Assembly (NCBI GenBank): GCA_051294375.1
Contig: CM119269.1
Span: forward strand, 13,610,790-13,674,789
DNA: 64,000 nt
Direction: 5' to 3'
DNA from: Paraspadella gotoi
Taxonomy: Eukaryota > Animalia > Chaetognatha
Shown: positions 27,078-43,838 of the stretch, piece after piece
Layout of the letters: each line of letters begins with the position of its first letter
Numbering within the stretch: the first letter of the stretch is position 1
Notes under the pieces: generated by a model
The model's input: only the letters and a program-made list of their open reading frames with translations
The model's database searches: none
Told to the model about the DNA's origin: nothing
Translations under genes and position numbers: made by a program

Positions 27078-27796
27078 AAGAGGACGACGACGACGACAAC
27101 GACGTTCATGAATTGATGACGATTCCACGCGCCAGAGAAGTCCAACGGCACGCTTCGCCACTGGGGGGGGCGAGCTTACTTTATTTTTATAAAACATTTT
27201 TTTTTTATATATCACAAACAATCGAACAAAACGAACTCTCAAAAAAAAAGCGCACATTGTTTATCGAAATCGTTTTGTTTAATAAATAAAAGGCGAGGAA
27301 AGGCGAAATGTTGTTTCTAAGAAAAAATGCTATCTTTCTTCGGTTTATTTGACCGAACGTTGCTTAGCGACCGATCGCGTTTCTTTCCGCCAAACTTATG
27401 CTGTGGTACTAACTTTAGGTATAGCCGATGACCATTTGTGTCCCTTGTTACGCCATTATATTTTTTTTTTTATATCGCGTGTATCGTTTTTATAAATGTG
27501 CAGTAATAAAGGAGGTCTTTGTTACTAGTTGCGTCCAAACTTATGATTGTGGTTTTCAATTGTCTGAGAAAATTCCAGGCAGCGAGAATACGTAAATAGG
27601 CGATTGGCCATTGATTGCCTTTAAAAATTAGATTGAATACAGCTTATCAAGGTAATTGTATCTGTATCTGTATCTTCTGTGCCGCATCAGCAGCAATGGA
27701 ACGGGTCCTGGGCTTGGAAGTAGGCTTGAAGGTTTTCCTGGCCCCCAAGGCGGTCTACGGCTGTCCTCACGCTTCCCGCAGGGTAGGTACCATCAG

Positions 27797-27880
27797 GGGA
27801 TCGATCTCGGTACAATTGGGGATCGAACTCGGTACAATTGGGGATCGATCGCGGTACAATTAGGGATCGATCTCGGTACC
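27797..27880. repeat. 22-bp minisatellite, ~4 copies (GGGGATCGATCTCGGTACAATT)
   Basis: Read directly from the sequence. Confidence 0.9.
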
Positions 27881-29223
27881 TAATTAGCTAATGGTATTAC
27901 CGGACCCACTGGAGTCACGGGGTGAACTTATGCAATACTTAATACCCAGTTCACAGGTCGAAATGATATTTCGTAAAAAATTGACTCTTTGGAATATTGA
28001 AATTCCTTTTTTTTTTTGGTCGAATAGCTAATGATTGAGTCTAAAGATCATTTTGTACTTCAAAAATAAAATTTAAAACTAACATATATTGGTATTTGCA
28101 AATTATGTGTTTATATATTTTAATATTTAAAAAAACATGTTTTGCGTAACTTTTTTGTTTTGTTTTGACTCAAAGAGCGAATAATACGAAGAGCAAATTT
28201 TCATTTCGTGTCGATAAAAAAAAATCACTGAACTCGCGATCAAAAACAATTAATCATCATACATCATGACTTTTAAAATTTTTATGAACATGAACGAATT
28301 TATGAATTTATAATTTATAAAGAGCAAAGTCGAAATTCAGCGGGTTCTTGACGGATAACATCTAGTAGCGACAAACGGACGCGAATCGGCGCAGAATCTT
28401 TAGATGGTTAGAAATTATAAATATAAATTAAAAACTAACTTTCAAGGGTTTTTAAAATGTGTGTTTTTTTTAAGTGCGATAGTTTCGCGGGTTTTCGAGC
28501 GACGTTGCAACATGCAGGGATATTTGACCCGTGTTAAAATTGATAGGTAATTTATTCTCTGTTTAATACTCTTACCCTCGATGAGAGATATATTTGATGC
28601 GATTCTCTTTAAAAGCAATTTAAATAATTATCACGTGAAGTCTCAGTCTGGTATTGTTTACAATTTTTAAAGTTTATGTTCGTCACTTTTAGCTTAATTT
28701 ACGAATTCGACTTCTTGGGTGGCGGGAAAGGCAAGTTACGACCTTTCGAGCTTCCTCTTTGAACCCACCTTCGCCGTTGTTCCCTCTTTAGATCTCGCCC
28801 CGACCTCCCAATCTCAATTCTCCAAAAGTAACGATACCCAACCGTCGCATCTCACATACTTTTACATCCCGCTTCACCATCACCTACAAATTCAGATCGG
28901 CCTTTTTTCCCCAAAAAGCCCCATTTTATCTTAAATTCGGAATTAAATTACTTTTTAAATTAGATTTGGGCTTAAGGTTAAAGGTTAGGGTGAGATAAAA
29001 GAGTGAAGTATTAAGGTTGGGGATTGTATGAGGGGTTTGGTAATAACTTAAGATTAAATAACAAACCAAAGTAAAAAGTTAGAAACAGACTTTTGTAAAA
29101 GATAGCCCTAATAATCAACCCGCTGGCCAGCTCCCCGACCGTAGAATACACCATACTCCCCTCTTCCCGCCATCACCGAGTCCGTCATCAATTTTTAATT
29201 TTTAGTCGTGAAAAACCGAAGCG

Positions 29224-29292
<69 letters not shown>

Positions 29293-31221
29293 TTTTTTTT
29301 TCGACTGGGGATGTTTAATTGTTTTTTCGGAGGTGGAGAAATTGTGGACGGTGATGTGGGGAGCGGTGTGGTGACCGAGTGTTGTGGTGTCGAGTGCGAA
29401 GTTGGGAGAGAGTGGATAATCGCGCGTGGAGAAATCGTGGACGTGGAGGCAAAGAGTGGAAAATGGGTAGCGCCTGTAGAATTGGTGGTCAGTATTCATA
29501 TTCAAATCGGGTTATTTTGGCCAATCCGAGGTTGTATATATTAACTGTTTCGAGCTTTTCGTCATCAGGAATCAGCCATTCAATATCCTCGTTGTAAGAC
29601 CAACTTCAGGCCCTTTTTCAATAAGTGGGTCAGTTGAGAAAAAGTTGACGAAGAATGGGTTAAAACGATTTTAGGAAGAGTTAAAAGAGAGATGTTGCAA
29701 ACAGGTCAACCGAAACTCTAACGATTCTTGGCCAGTCGAATCGAACCTGATCGAAAGCAATCGACATCGATTAGCAATTTCTCCCTTTCAGTTTCTCCCT
29801 TTTTTTTTTTTAAATTTCCCCGTCACGCGCGGAAACAATATAATCTTTCGAATGATTTATTTTTTATGCGAAAGATAAAAAAACAATCCGTATCCCATAA
29901 CTAACTCGACACCGAACGTTTTCGTCGTAATTTGTTTCTTGGGAAGGTTGTTTTTTGTTGTTTTTTGTTGGTTTTTTTTTAATATTTTTTTTTACATTTT
30001 TTTAAAGGTATTTTTTGTTTTCGACGTGTGATCGACAATTATTACTTTGTTTTTTCGTCTTTAGCTTTGCCGACCCCCATTGCTCATAAAAGTCTACGTT
30101 TTATCATTAAATATTTTTCTTTTAAAAAATCGCGAGGGTTATTTTATGTAAATTTATTATCAACATCCGCCATCCGCCAAATTTAACGACGCTTCTGGTT
30201 TGAAAAGACGATTTTAACTACAATAACAACGACGACAATTTTACAATCGTCTTCGCATTTAAAAACGTGACGACTTAAAATACATTCAATTACATTAAGC
30301 TATTTTTTTTTTAAATTCACGATCGACGTGAACCTGTTTTTTTTTAACGATCGCCCCCTGTCGTGTTCGTGAGAAAGTGATGGCCTTGGAAGAAAAGGGC
30401 AAAGGATGTAGAATCCGCCTTGAAAACGTAACTCTCTCACTGGCGAAGAAATGAAGTCGTTTGGATGGAAAACGAAGACGACGATTTAACGTTTTCGAGT
30501 TCACTTGTGAACCGTAAAAGTCGGGCGGAGCCATTCACTTCAGAGTCCCTTCACCGAAAGGCCAGAACATTCTTTTGGCTTTCGATTGAGGAATTATATT
30601 CACTTAGGAAGTATTTGTTCGAACGATAGAGAAGTCAATTAATATTTTTTTTTATTAGAATTGATATTTAGTAGTATGGAAAAGTATTTTTGAATGGAGA
30701 AAGTATTACTTTAAGAAATACTAAATACTTAGGTCTTACACTTGCTTACATACGTATTTCTGTCTTTATCTATCTATTTCTTTTTTTTTCTTTTTTTTCC
30801 TCTATTTTCAAATTTTGAATTTACTAAATGAGGATAGCAGTTCTAAGGGAAAAACATTAAACCGCTTTGAAACAAAACTGAATGGATTTTTCACGCCATC
30901 CAGACAGAGGTACCGACTGATCGTAACTTATCCTCGCCAATCGAGGCGCTTCGATCTGAGGATCGTTATTCAGCGTTTTGTTTTCATGTTTCGCGTTAAT
31001 GGAGATTTTTTCAACATTTTTGACATTTCATATAATAATTATATTTTTTTAAAAGAAAGAGCTTGCAAGAATAATTCGTAAATATGGAAATAGCTGATCT
31101 TCGTCCATGTGCTGAGTCTATCCAATCTATCCAATTCACAGTAAAAGCGTTTATTGCCTTTTAATTTTTGACGTCATCGCCCTGAATTTGTTGTCGTCGT
31201 CGTTGTCGTCGCCTCCTCAAG

Positions 31222-34200
31222 ATGTCGACGCAATCGAACCGAAATTCCTTCGCCGAATTCGACTTTAATGTTTCGATCGAATTCAACTTCCCTCACCCTG
31301 GAATCGGCGAACGAACTCACCTTCCGATCCCAACTCGTCCTCACCCGACCGATTCTCATCAACGGGCGTCGCCGTCGCGCCGCGCCAGCAAAAACTACGA
31401 CGACGACGATCTTCTCTATATTCCGCCGTCTCCCCGCCAGAGGGACAGCTTCTACATTCCGCCTCCGCCCAAAAACAAAAGGGAAATACTTCGTCGAATG
31501 AAGACGAGATTCGGAGAGACTTCTTACGGCGAGATCATCGACGAGGAGGGACCGGGACAATCGGGTACAAAATCATTGTCAAATTCAATACGATTTTATT
31601 TAGAATAAAATTAATTTCGAATTTAAAAATTGTTTGTCTCCGATGTATTTTATATATATATTTAACTCTATGAAAAGCTTTCAAAAATTTTGTTGATATA
31701 TGTAGGATTTACCCGGAAGATATATTTTCTCGATATTTAAATTTTAATAACATTCAAATTGAAAACGGGTCGAGCAAAAGTAAACAAATGATCATCGATC
31801 TAATGCATCGAATCGTCTGCAGAGGCGCCTGCCACAAGCGAGACTAAAAACGAAACAAATGGCGTTGTGAGAAGAAGGAAGAAGAAAGTCGAATCGGAAG
31901 AAGAGGTTAATTTATATTTCATACAAAATACATTATCTACTAGGAGAATTAAAAGCAAAAATTAAAGCGGTAATTATTCGATTTCAACTTTCAGCTGGAT
32001 CAGGGAACGGTTCTTTCCTACTTCATGTTCTACGTACCGAATCTTTTTTTTCACGGAAAAACCAAAAAGCGAGAACCAGGCCCTGATCCTCGACTGGTGA
32101 GCTTAACCTTTAAAGTGACCACTGACCTTGCGCTAAATAGCAAAATTACAAATTTCTATATCTGCGTACACGTAATATATAAAAAAATAAAGCCTTCACT
32201 CTCGGTGCTGATTGCATTCAATCAGCACCGATTATTTAATTTAATACATATTTTTTAAATATTTCTTTTTAGGCCAAAACGCGCATCGAAAGTCGGCGCC
32301 AATGTCTCGTCGTTCGCTTCAACGATTACAAACAAGAAATCAGAGAAAAAGTCGACATCGTCCGTAATTCCCCGAAATTCGCTGAGAAAGTTAGAAAAAT
32401 TATTTAATTAATTGTTATTAAATCAAATTATTAAATTATTAAATTACTTTATGATCAGAAATCCTTTATGACTAAATTACTTTTATTACATCCAAAATAA
32501 GAGAAGGTGCCAGCGGTTCTCCTCATTATGTTCATCTCAAGTTGGATTATGTTTCATCATGTTTTCCGTTCCTATGGAAACTGGAATGAATATGACAAGA
32601 ATTTATTCGAATCAAATTTAATTAAACATTATAAGTTAGCGACAGAACGTCTTCCTTCCGAAAAGTATACAAAATCTTGACACGTCATCGAATAGATTCA
32701 CACTTGTGCTAAATGCGCATTTCTTTCTTTAAAATTAAAACCAGGCGGTGCAGTTCCTCTGCTTGGTCGCCCACACGGAGCCGATCATCCAACGCGGACC
32801 GACTTGCGGCATGGTGGCGCTCACCATGGCCGCCAACGCTGTGCGCACCATGGAGGACGACGCGATGCTCAAGTCGGCCGTCGACTCATCGCAGAGGAGA
32901 GAGCCTCTGGCGGTCGAATCAGTCATCGCTTATGCGACGGAGATGGTGAGGTGTAGTGGAGACGTGAGAGAGACGGACAGCTTCTCAATGTTCGTGAAAT
33001 TTTGTATAATAAGTATTGTTTTAGTATTATACTTATAATTTATTGATTTATAAAAAAAAAGAATTATTTTATTATTTGTTGTAATAATCATATACATAGC
33101 TTAATTACTATTAATATTATTATTAATAGGCGTTTCAGTAATGATTTTCATAATTTTCTAATTTCTTGGCCTTTTTATGAGTTCCGATTACAATTTGTTA
33201 TTAGTTACAACTTCGAAATTTTTATATTATCATAATATCATCAGACAGACCAACAAAGTTATAAAGCACTCTTAGTTTTTTTTCAAAACCGCGTGTATTC
33301 TCTTTTATCCTTCCGTTGTCCTTTTGTCATGAGCCCGCCGTCTCACTCAGGGTTTCACGTCTCAAGGCGAACTCTACTCTTGCAACGACGCGCGCCATCT
33401 AGCGGAGGAATTCATCCGCGGCGCCGACGTTCGCCTCGTCCGCGATTGGCGCCGCGAGGAACTCGAGGCGCACCTCTTGGGCGGAGGGATGGCGTTGGTG
33501 CCTTACGATTCGGATCATCACTACGACCCCGATACCAGAATGGGTGGGCTGATAATTAAAGTTTAAGACTTGTGGGCTCTCTTTTCCGAGAATCCCTCAT
33601 TTCTGTTCGTTTTTCCCAGAATTAAGTTTTAACTTTAATATATAATCTAAATATGTTTTTAAACTTATAGATTAATCCCTAAATCTAATCCCTAACCCTA
33701 AACCTGAACCCTAACCTAATTCTAAACTTTCTCGTGCAGTCACATTATAACTTTATGATAAATTTTTAGATTTAACTTTAAAAAAAAAACTGCAAATAAA
33801 GTTTAAATCGAGAGGCATAAAGAAAAACAAATGGTCAATTCGATAGCCTTGGAATGTCATTTCTTTTTATTTTAATACTAATACTGATAAATGAATAATA
33901 TTTTTGATTAATAATAATTTCGTAATCTCTTACGGTCAGGCCGTAAGGCTCATTGGGCCGTGTTGCTCGGTTGTTTGGCAATCGTTCGATCCGAAGTTGT
34001 CACTTCTGACGGAGAACTCTCAGATTTCCTGTGGAAAGACAAAGAACTCAGAGATGTCGTGTGTCGGTCGAACGTCGACGACGAGGCATTTATTCCGTAT
34101 GGGTATGTATCACAGTAATTATTTGGTTACGTAAGCGTACGCGTACGTACGTATTGATTTAAAAAAATACTAATGTTGAAAATGTTTATAATATTTCATA

Positions 34201-35694
34201 TTTATGTTTATTTTTTTAAATCAAATTCTATGAATTCCAGTCGGCTTCAAACTTAACAGAAAAGTGAGAAACCATAAAATGCTTCATTGTGCATATGATT
34301 CACACTTGTGTAGTCACTTGATCATCGGGAAATGCAACGAAGCAAGAAAGTCACGGCGGCGCAACGCCTTGATCTTCTCGGTTATTGTTTAAGCGGAAGA
34401 AGACAATGAATCATCACATTATGCAGCAACAATAAGAGGAACAAAAAGAACATTTCTCCCATAACTTAATAAAAAATCATAAAAAAAAAAAACGTGGCGC
34501 AGGTCTGGCACTCTTTGATGGTACACCCGCTTTCCCTTTCCAATCCCACGCAACTTTTCTGTCGAACCGTTCATCCTGGAAAGCGTTAAGACGCCTTCGC
34601 GGTTAATTGTTTCGACAGAGAATGTTGGAAACATCGCTGCGAACGATTCTTATCGATGAGCCGCCAGATGGAATCGGCGTCTCATCGACGTTTGGACGGC
34701 GGCGGATATCCTCCCGATGGTGGGGGAGGATTCCGGGTGGGATAGGCAACCCTCCATGCCTGGCCACGCTCTCCCATGAAGGCTGGGATTACAGCGGGGA
34801 GCCAACTCCCGCCGATGATATAACAACTTTAAAAAAATAAAGTCATTTTACCGACCGATGTAAAAATAATTTTATGTAAAATAATATGAAATTGGTACAA
34901 CCAATATAAAAATTATCCATTCGTTTAATAAATAAGCTATAATTTAATATATAAGCTAGCTAAATTATTTATATGTATATGTATTATATATGACTATATG
35001 ATTAGCAACTTACCGCTAAATTATCGTGAACAAATCCTGCATTGTTTGCTTCACCAGCCGGGATCACATGACTCCATTGGCCTCGCTCTATCACGCCGTC
35101 GGCAACGAGCTCGGCTCGCATCAGATTCGAGTTTGTCAACGTGAGAAATTTGGAGATCTAATCTTTTACTTTGTTTATTTATTAATAACAAATTTTTATT
35201 TATTCACGCGCAGAAAATCTCGTGGATTTCTATGTGATCGCCAGGCAAGGAAAACATCACTTCATGGGTAAGTCACAGCCGAGGTCGGTGAATTTAACAA
35301 GGCGCGTGAAGATTGAGGTAACTTTTAACTAAACTTAAGCTGAGAATAGTTATTCTTACATTTTTTGTCAGGTTTTTGGAAGCTCGACAGATTGCTAGAA
35401 AGCAACGCTCAGCTTTTTAAGAGGTACACGAATTTGTCACACTATCGCAACTGTTCTTAAAAATTCGATAGCAAAACCCAATTTTTACTTTCGTGCAAAT
35501 TTGTTTTAGCGAAAAACGTCGAATGGGTGAATTCGTGCTAAACGACGGTTCCGTCGAAGCAGGTGAGACATGAGTGATTTTTGAGTAGTGAAAATTTTTT
35601 CTCATTAGAACAGATTTTTCTTTGATTTTTATTTTTGCCTCTACCAGGTTTGGCGCGGCAAATTATTCTGTTGAAACCGAGGAACGTCTTTTGA
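31222..35694 (+). CDS. ACTMAP: Actin maturation protease (C19orf54/UPF0692) homolog with long N-terminal extension
   Basis: PIIQRGPTCGMVALTMA (catalytic Cys motif), GFTSQGELYS, ALVPYDSDHHYDP, GRKAHWAV, ARQGK, LLESNAQL and GSVEAGLARQIIL. Upstream exons from 31222 splice in phase. Confidence 0.88.
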
Positions 35695-36433
35695 TACAAG
35701 AATGCTGATAAATAATAATAGTTCTAATTGGTACTCGTGATGCAAGGTTTATAGGACTTCCGTAGAGTAGTGCCATATTTTTAATTCTCTCTTCTGTTAT
35801 TTGGTACTAATACTTATACTAATTTCGACGATCTCATTCGATCTGAATGTATATTTGTATTGAAATTTTGAAATACAACAGATCCAAAAATTTTAGTTTT
35901 TTAATTTTACTAAAGTTTGTCAAACGAGGGGATAACCTGTGATGACACGAAAAATGAGCGCAGATTCCTGCTAACGGTGCAAAAAGTAGACATTGCGACT
36001 TAGCAAAAGGAAGTACTAACTAGTTTATGAGACCTGACTTCATCAATTTCTGAGAAAAAAATAACCTCGACGTTTCTCATAATGGAGAAGAACATGTAAT
36101 TATCAAAATCATTTAAGTTTCAAACAAGCGAGAAAACACACTAAAAAGAAAATAGAAACAAGGTGATTACAATGTTCGATCATAAAAAAAATTGTGATAG
36201 ACTGACCAAGGGTCGCCAGATCGGGTCGGGTTTCAGTTGAATCCCAACCAAGATTGTCATTTCTTCTATCGTTGTTGTCGCTTAAAGTTTGTCTGTCGAT
36301 ATCACTTTATTGCCTTCGGTTTTCACAAATTACAGTGATTACAGGAAGTGATCACTAAACGAAAATTGTGAAAACGTAAACCAAATAAATCCAATCAGTC
36401 CGTCCAATCAGTCCGTCCAATCCATCCGTCTAG

Positions 36434-40492
<4,059 letters not shown>

Positions 40493-40617
40493 CTCGCGTC
40501 TAATGTGGGAACCTTTTAGCGCTGGAAAATAATATAATAATAACAATTACAACTAATATTACAGGAATAAGTTTGATTTTTTGTTTGTGACAACGATTTG
40601 TTTTATTTCAGTTTAGA

Positions 40618-40659
40618 AACGGACATGTTTCGGCTTTGAATACAAGCCTTCTTCAGCTT
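40618..40659 (-). ncRNA. Minimal type I hammerhead ribozyme (GUC site, predicted cleavage after 40622)
   Basis: AAG-CTGAAGA-A-GGCTT-GTATTCA-AAGCC-GAA-ACATGT-C-CGTT; palindromic helix III ACAUGU. Confidence 0.85.
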
Positions 40660-40703
40660 GACAGATTTGTAAATTATATTTCAAATTTGTGCATAAAGAA
40701 GAC

Positions 40704-40782
<79 letters not shown>

Positions 40783-41574
40783 AAGGAAGGAAAGTTTTCC
40801 AACACAGATTTGAGAAAGGACAGTGGTCAATGTTGAGGACAGATTTAAGTTGTGAACAGAATAGAATTAGTTTGTGAAGGGAAATTGAAATGGTGATAGT
40901 GAAAAGAGAGAAGGGGAGACAGAGAGAGNNNNNNNNNNAGAGAGAGACACAGGTTGAAGTTGAAGTTAATACATTGTGCAATGTACAACAAATAATAAAT
41001 TTATAAACTGAATTAACTTTAACAATTAGCTATTAATAAATAAGTGAATTTAGAGAAATTTTAAATTTGAAAGAGATAGATTTGTTGAGGGATAGGTAAG
41101 TAATTGATAAAGTGAAAGTTCAAGGATTAAGATAGAGCTCAAAATGAGCTGGCCCCTTATGTTTTTTGCAAATGAGAGGTCTGAACGATGAGGTCGGGTC
41201 ATTGACGTGTCAGTGGCTGAGAGGACAGTGCCGTCGAGTTTATATGTGTGCCTCTAGGAAGACTTCCTTGTGGGAACATTCCAAGGGCCACTCGAATGTC
41301 TCTCTGGCCTGCTACGCCTGCCGACTGCCCTCTTCTCGCCTGCTGGCGAGGCGACGGTTATCCGTTCTTGCCGCTTTTGCGGCAGGGGTGGTGGACTCCT
41401 CCTTCTCCTCATGTAGCCGTCGTTTTGGGCGGCACTCGCTCCACAGAGAGAGGGAGTGAGTTGCTACAGTTGATGCCTGCGCATTTGTCTCTATATCTTT
41501 CTCTCTCTCTCTTACTCTCTCTCTCTCATTGTCTTCTTTATGCACAAATTTGAAATATAATTTACAAATCTGTC

Positions 41575-41617
41575 AACGCTGAAGAAGGCTTGTATTCAAA
41601 GCCGAAACATGTTCGTT
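41575..41617 (+). ncRNA. Minimal type I hammerhead ribozyme (GUU site)
   Basis: AACG-CTGAAGA-A-GGCTT-GTATTCA-AAGCC-GAA-ACATGT-T-CGTT; helix I AACG/CGTT and helix II GGCTT/AAGCC. Confidence 0.88.
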
Positions 41618-42250
41618 TCTAAACTGAAATAAAACAAATCGTTGTGACAAACAAATCAAACTTATTCCTGCAAATTCCTAAAGCAACGAAACGAAAGGAT
41701 TACACAATAATAACTAATATTACAAATATTAAATATTAATATTTTAGTGTGAAAGGCGTGAAAGCTAACAATATCATATGACGAAATACTACTTTGCACT
41801 TAACGTAAGAAAACACAAAAGTAATTAGTACGTAGTAATTAAGTTGGGTCTAAAATGTTATAATTCACTATATCAACATCGTACTCGGATTAATCGAAAG
41901 AAAACATGATGCGTCAAAAGCAGAGCGAGAGAGAGCGAGAGCGAGAGCGAGAGAGAGAGAGAGAGAAAGAGAGAGAGATAGAGAGATAGAACGCGCAGGC
42001 TTGTTTACCATCTCCAGATGATCCGTGTTATTTCTGCTGCTGAAGCACGTGAGCTGATTTTCCCTTTTTTTTCTTTTGGATTTCGCGTCAAAGTCAAACT
42101 TCAAAAAGTCTTCCTTGAAACGTGACGAAAACTAGAACTGGCGTTGTGGAAGATTACTCAGTCACACTTAAAGGTAATGAGGCTTGGAAAGTAATTTATC
42201 AAAATTGATCTGATAAAATCCTGCCTCTTTGGCGTAAACTTCATTGATCA

Positions 42251-43838
42251 NNNNNNNNNNNNNNNNNNNNNNNNNNNNNNNNNNNNNNNNNNNNNNNNNN
42301 NNNNNNNNNNNNNNNNNNNNNNNNNNNNNNNNNNNNNNNNNNNNNNNNNNNNNNNNNNNNNNNNNNNNNNNNNNNNNNNNNNNNNNNNNNNNNNNNNNNN
42401 NNNNNNNNNNNNNNNNNNNNNNNNNNNNNNNNNNNNNNNNNNNNNNNNNNNNNNNNNNNNNNNNNNNNNNNNNNNNNNNNNNNNNNNNNNNNNNNNNNNN
42501 NNNNNNNNNNNNNNNNNNNNNNNNNNNNNNNNNNNNNNNNNNNNNNNNNNNNNNNNNNNNNNNNNNNNNNNNNNNNNNNNNNNNNNNNNNNNNNNNNNNN
42601 NNNNNNNNNNNNNNNNNNNNNNNNNNNNNNNNNNNNNNNNNNNNNNNNNNNNNNNNNNNNNNNNNNNNNNNNNNNNNNNNNNNNNNNNNNNNNNNNNNNN
42701 NNNNNNNNNNNNNNNNNNNNNNNNNNNNNNNNNNNNNNNNNNNNNNNNNNNNNNNNNNNNNNNNNNNNNNNNNNNNNNNNNNNNNNNNNNNNNNNNNNNN
42801 NNNNNNNNNNNNNNNNNNNNNNNNNNNNNNNNNNNNNNNNNNNNTTATAATTTAAAAAGGTAAATTTTGTATTCACAGATGTTTATATGTTTCCTTACAA
42901 TACATTCCATTAATACCCCTCATTAAACTTCTTTGTCATATTTTTGTTCACGGTGTGAACGGGCTTCGATCTGTCGATCATTTCACCCAAAATCGTGAGG
43001 ACGACGACGACGACCACGACGACGATGCAACCGTCGATGGCCAAATCTGTGCGTGNNNNNNNNNNNNNNNNNNNNNNNNNNNNNNNNNNNNNNNNNNNNN
43101 NNNNNNNNNNNNNNNNNNNNNNNNNNNNNNNNNNNNNNNNNNNNNNNNNNNNNNNNNNNNNNNNNNNNNNNNNNNNNNNNNNNNNNNNNNNNNNNNNNNN
43201 NNNNNNNNNNNNNNNNNNNNNNNNNNNNNNNNNNNNNNNNNNNNNNNNNNNNNNNNNNNNNNNNNNNNNNNNNNNNNNNNNNNNNNNNCTTCTTTCAAAA
43301 TTTATAAAGAAATGTTTTGATTTACACCCAACTTCACTTCTTTTTGAAAATGTCTCTTTTTCCGGAGGTACGTTTCATTTATACAATAAACAATGAATGT
43401 TTTTGCCACAATTATCGGTCTTGTACTAACGTTTTTTTTCTACAACTGTATACTTATTAAAGGCATCAAATTTCTTTTCTATGCGATTAACTAATTTAAT
43501 TATTCATTCATTGATTATCCGTATCTGAATACTGGAATCCACATTATCATTGGCCCAAGTTATTGTTCTTTTATTTGTNNNNNNNNNNNNNNNNNNNNNN
43601 NNNNNNNNNNNNNNNNNNNNNNNNNNNNNNNNNNNNNNNNNNNNNNNNNNNNNNNNNNNNNNNNNNNNNNNNNNNNNNNNNNNNNNNNNNNNNNNNNNNN
43701 NNNNNNNNNNNNNNNNNNNNNNNNNNNNNNNNNNNNNNNNNNNNNNNNNNNNNNNNNNNNNNNNNNNNNNNNNNNNNNNNNNNNNNNNNNNNNNNNNNNN
43801 NNNNNNNNNNNNNNNNNNNNNNNNNNNNNNNNNNNNNN
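42251..43838. other. Assembly gaps (N-runs 42251-42844, 43056-43288, 43579-43838; also 40929-40938)
   Basis: Runs of N. Confidence 1.

Larger units (their letters stand above)
40564..41711. mobile_element. Palindromic dual-hammerhead element, copy B (Penelope-like fold-back insertion)
   Basis: ~150-bp near-perfect inverted arms (40562-~40715 and ~41515-41670) with a hammerhead in each. 13-bp TSD AACTAATATTACA (40551-40563, 41712-41724). ~41-nt unpaired tail on the right arm. Contains a 10-N gap. Confidence 0.88.

Noticed and set aside
26506-27257. Long ER/SL-repeat ORFs (also near 25.3, 38.0, 40.6, 59.3, 60.4 and 62.5 kb)
   Set aside because: Translations of (AG)n/(TTTC)n microsatellites.
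27797-27880. CRISPR-like appearance of short repeats (also 2969-3069 and 58640-58943)
   Set aside because: No unique spacers, no cas genes, eukaryotic context.
29553-29570. CTGATGA-C-GAAA on the minus strand
   Set aside because: No helix II or III; chance match.
30295-30600. Moderately GC-rich minus-strand ORF
   Set aside because: No recognisable domain and no consistent exon chain.
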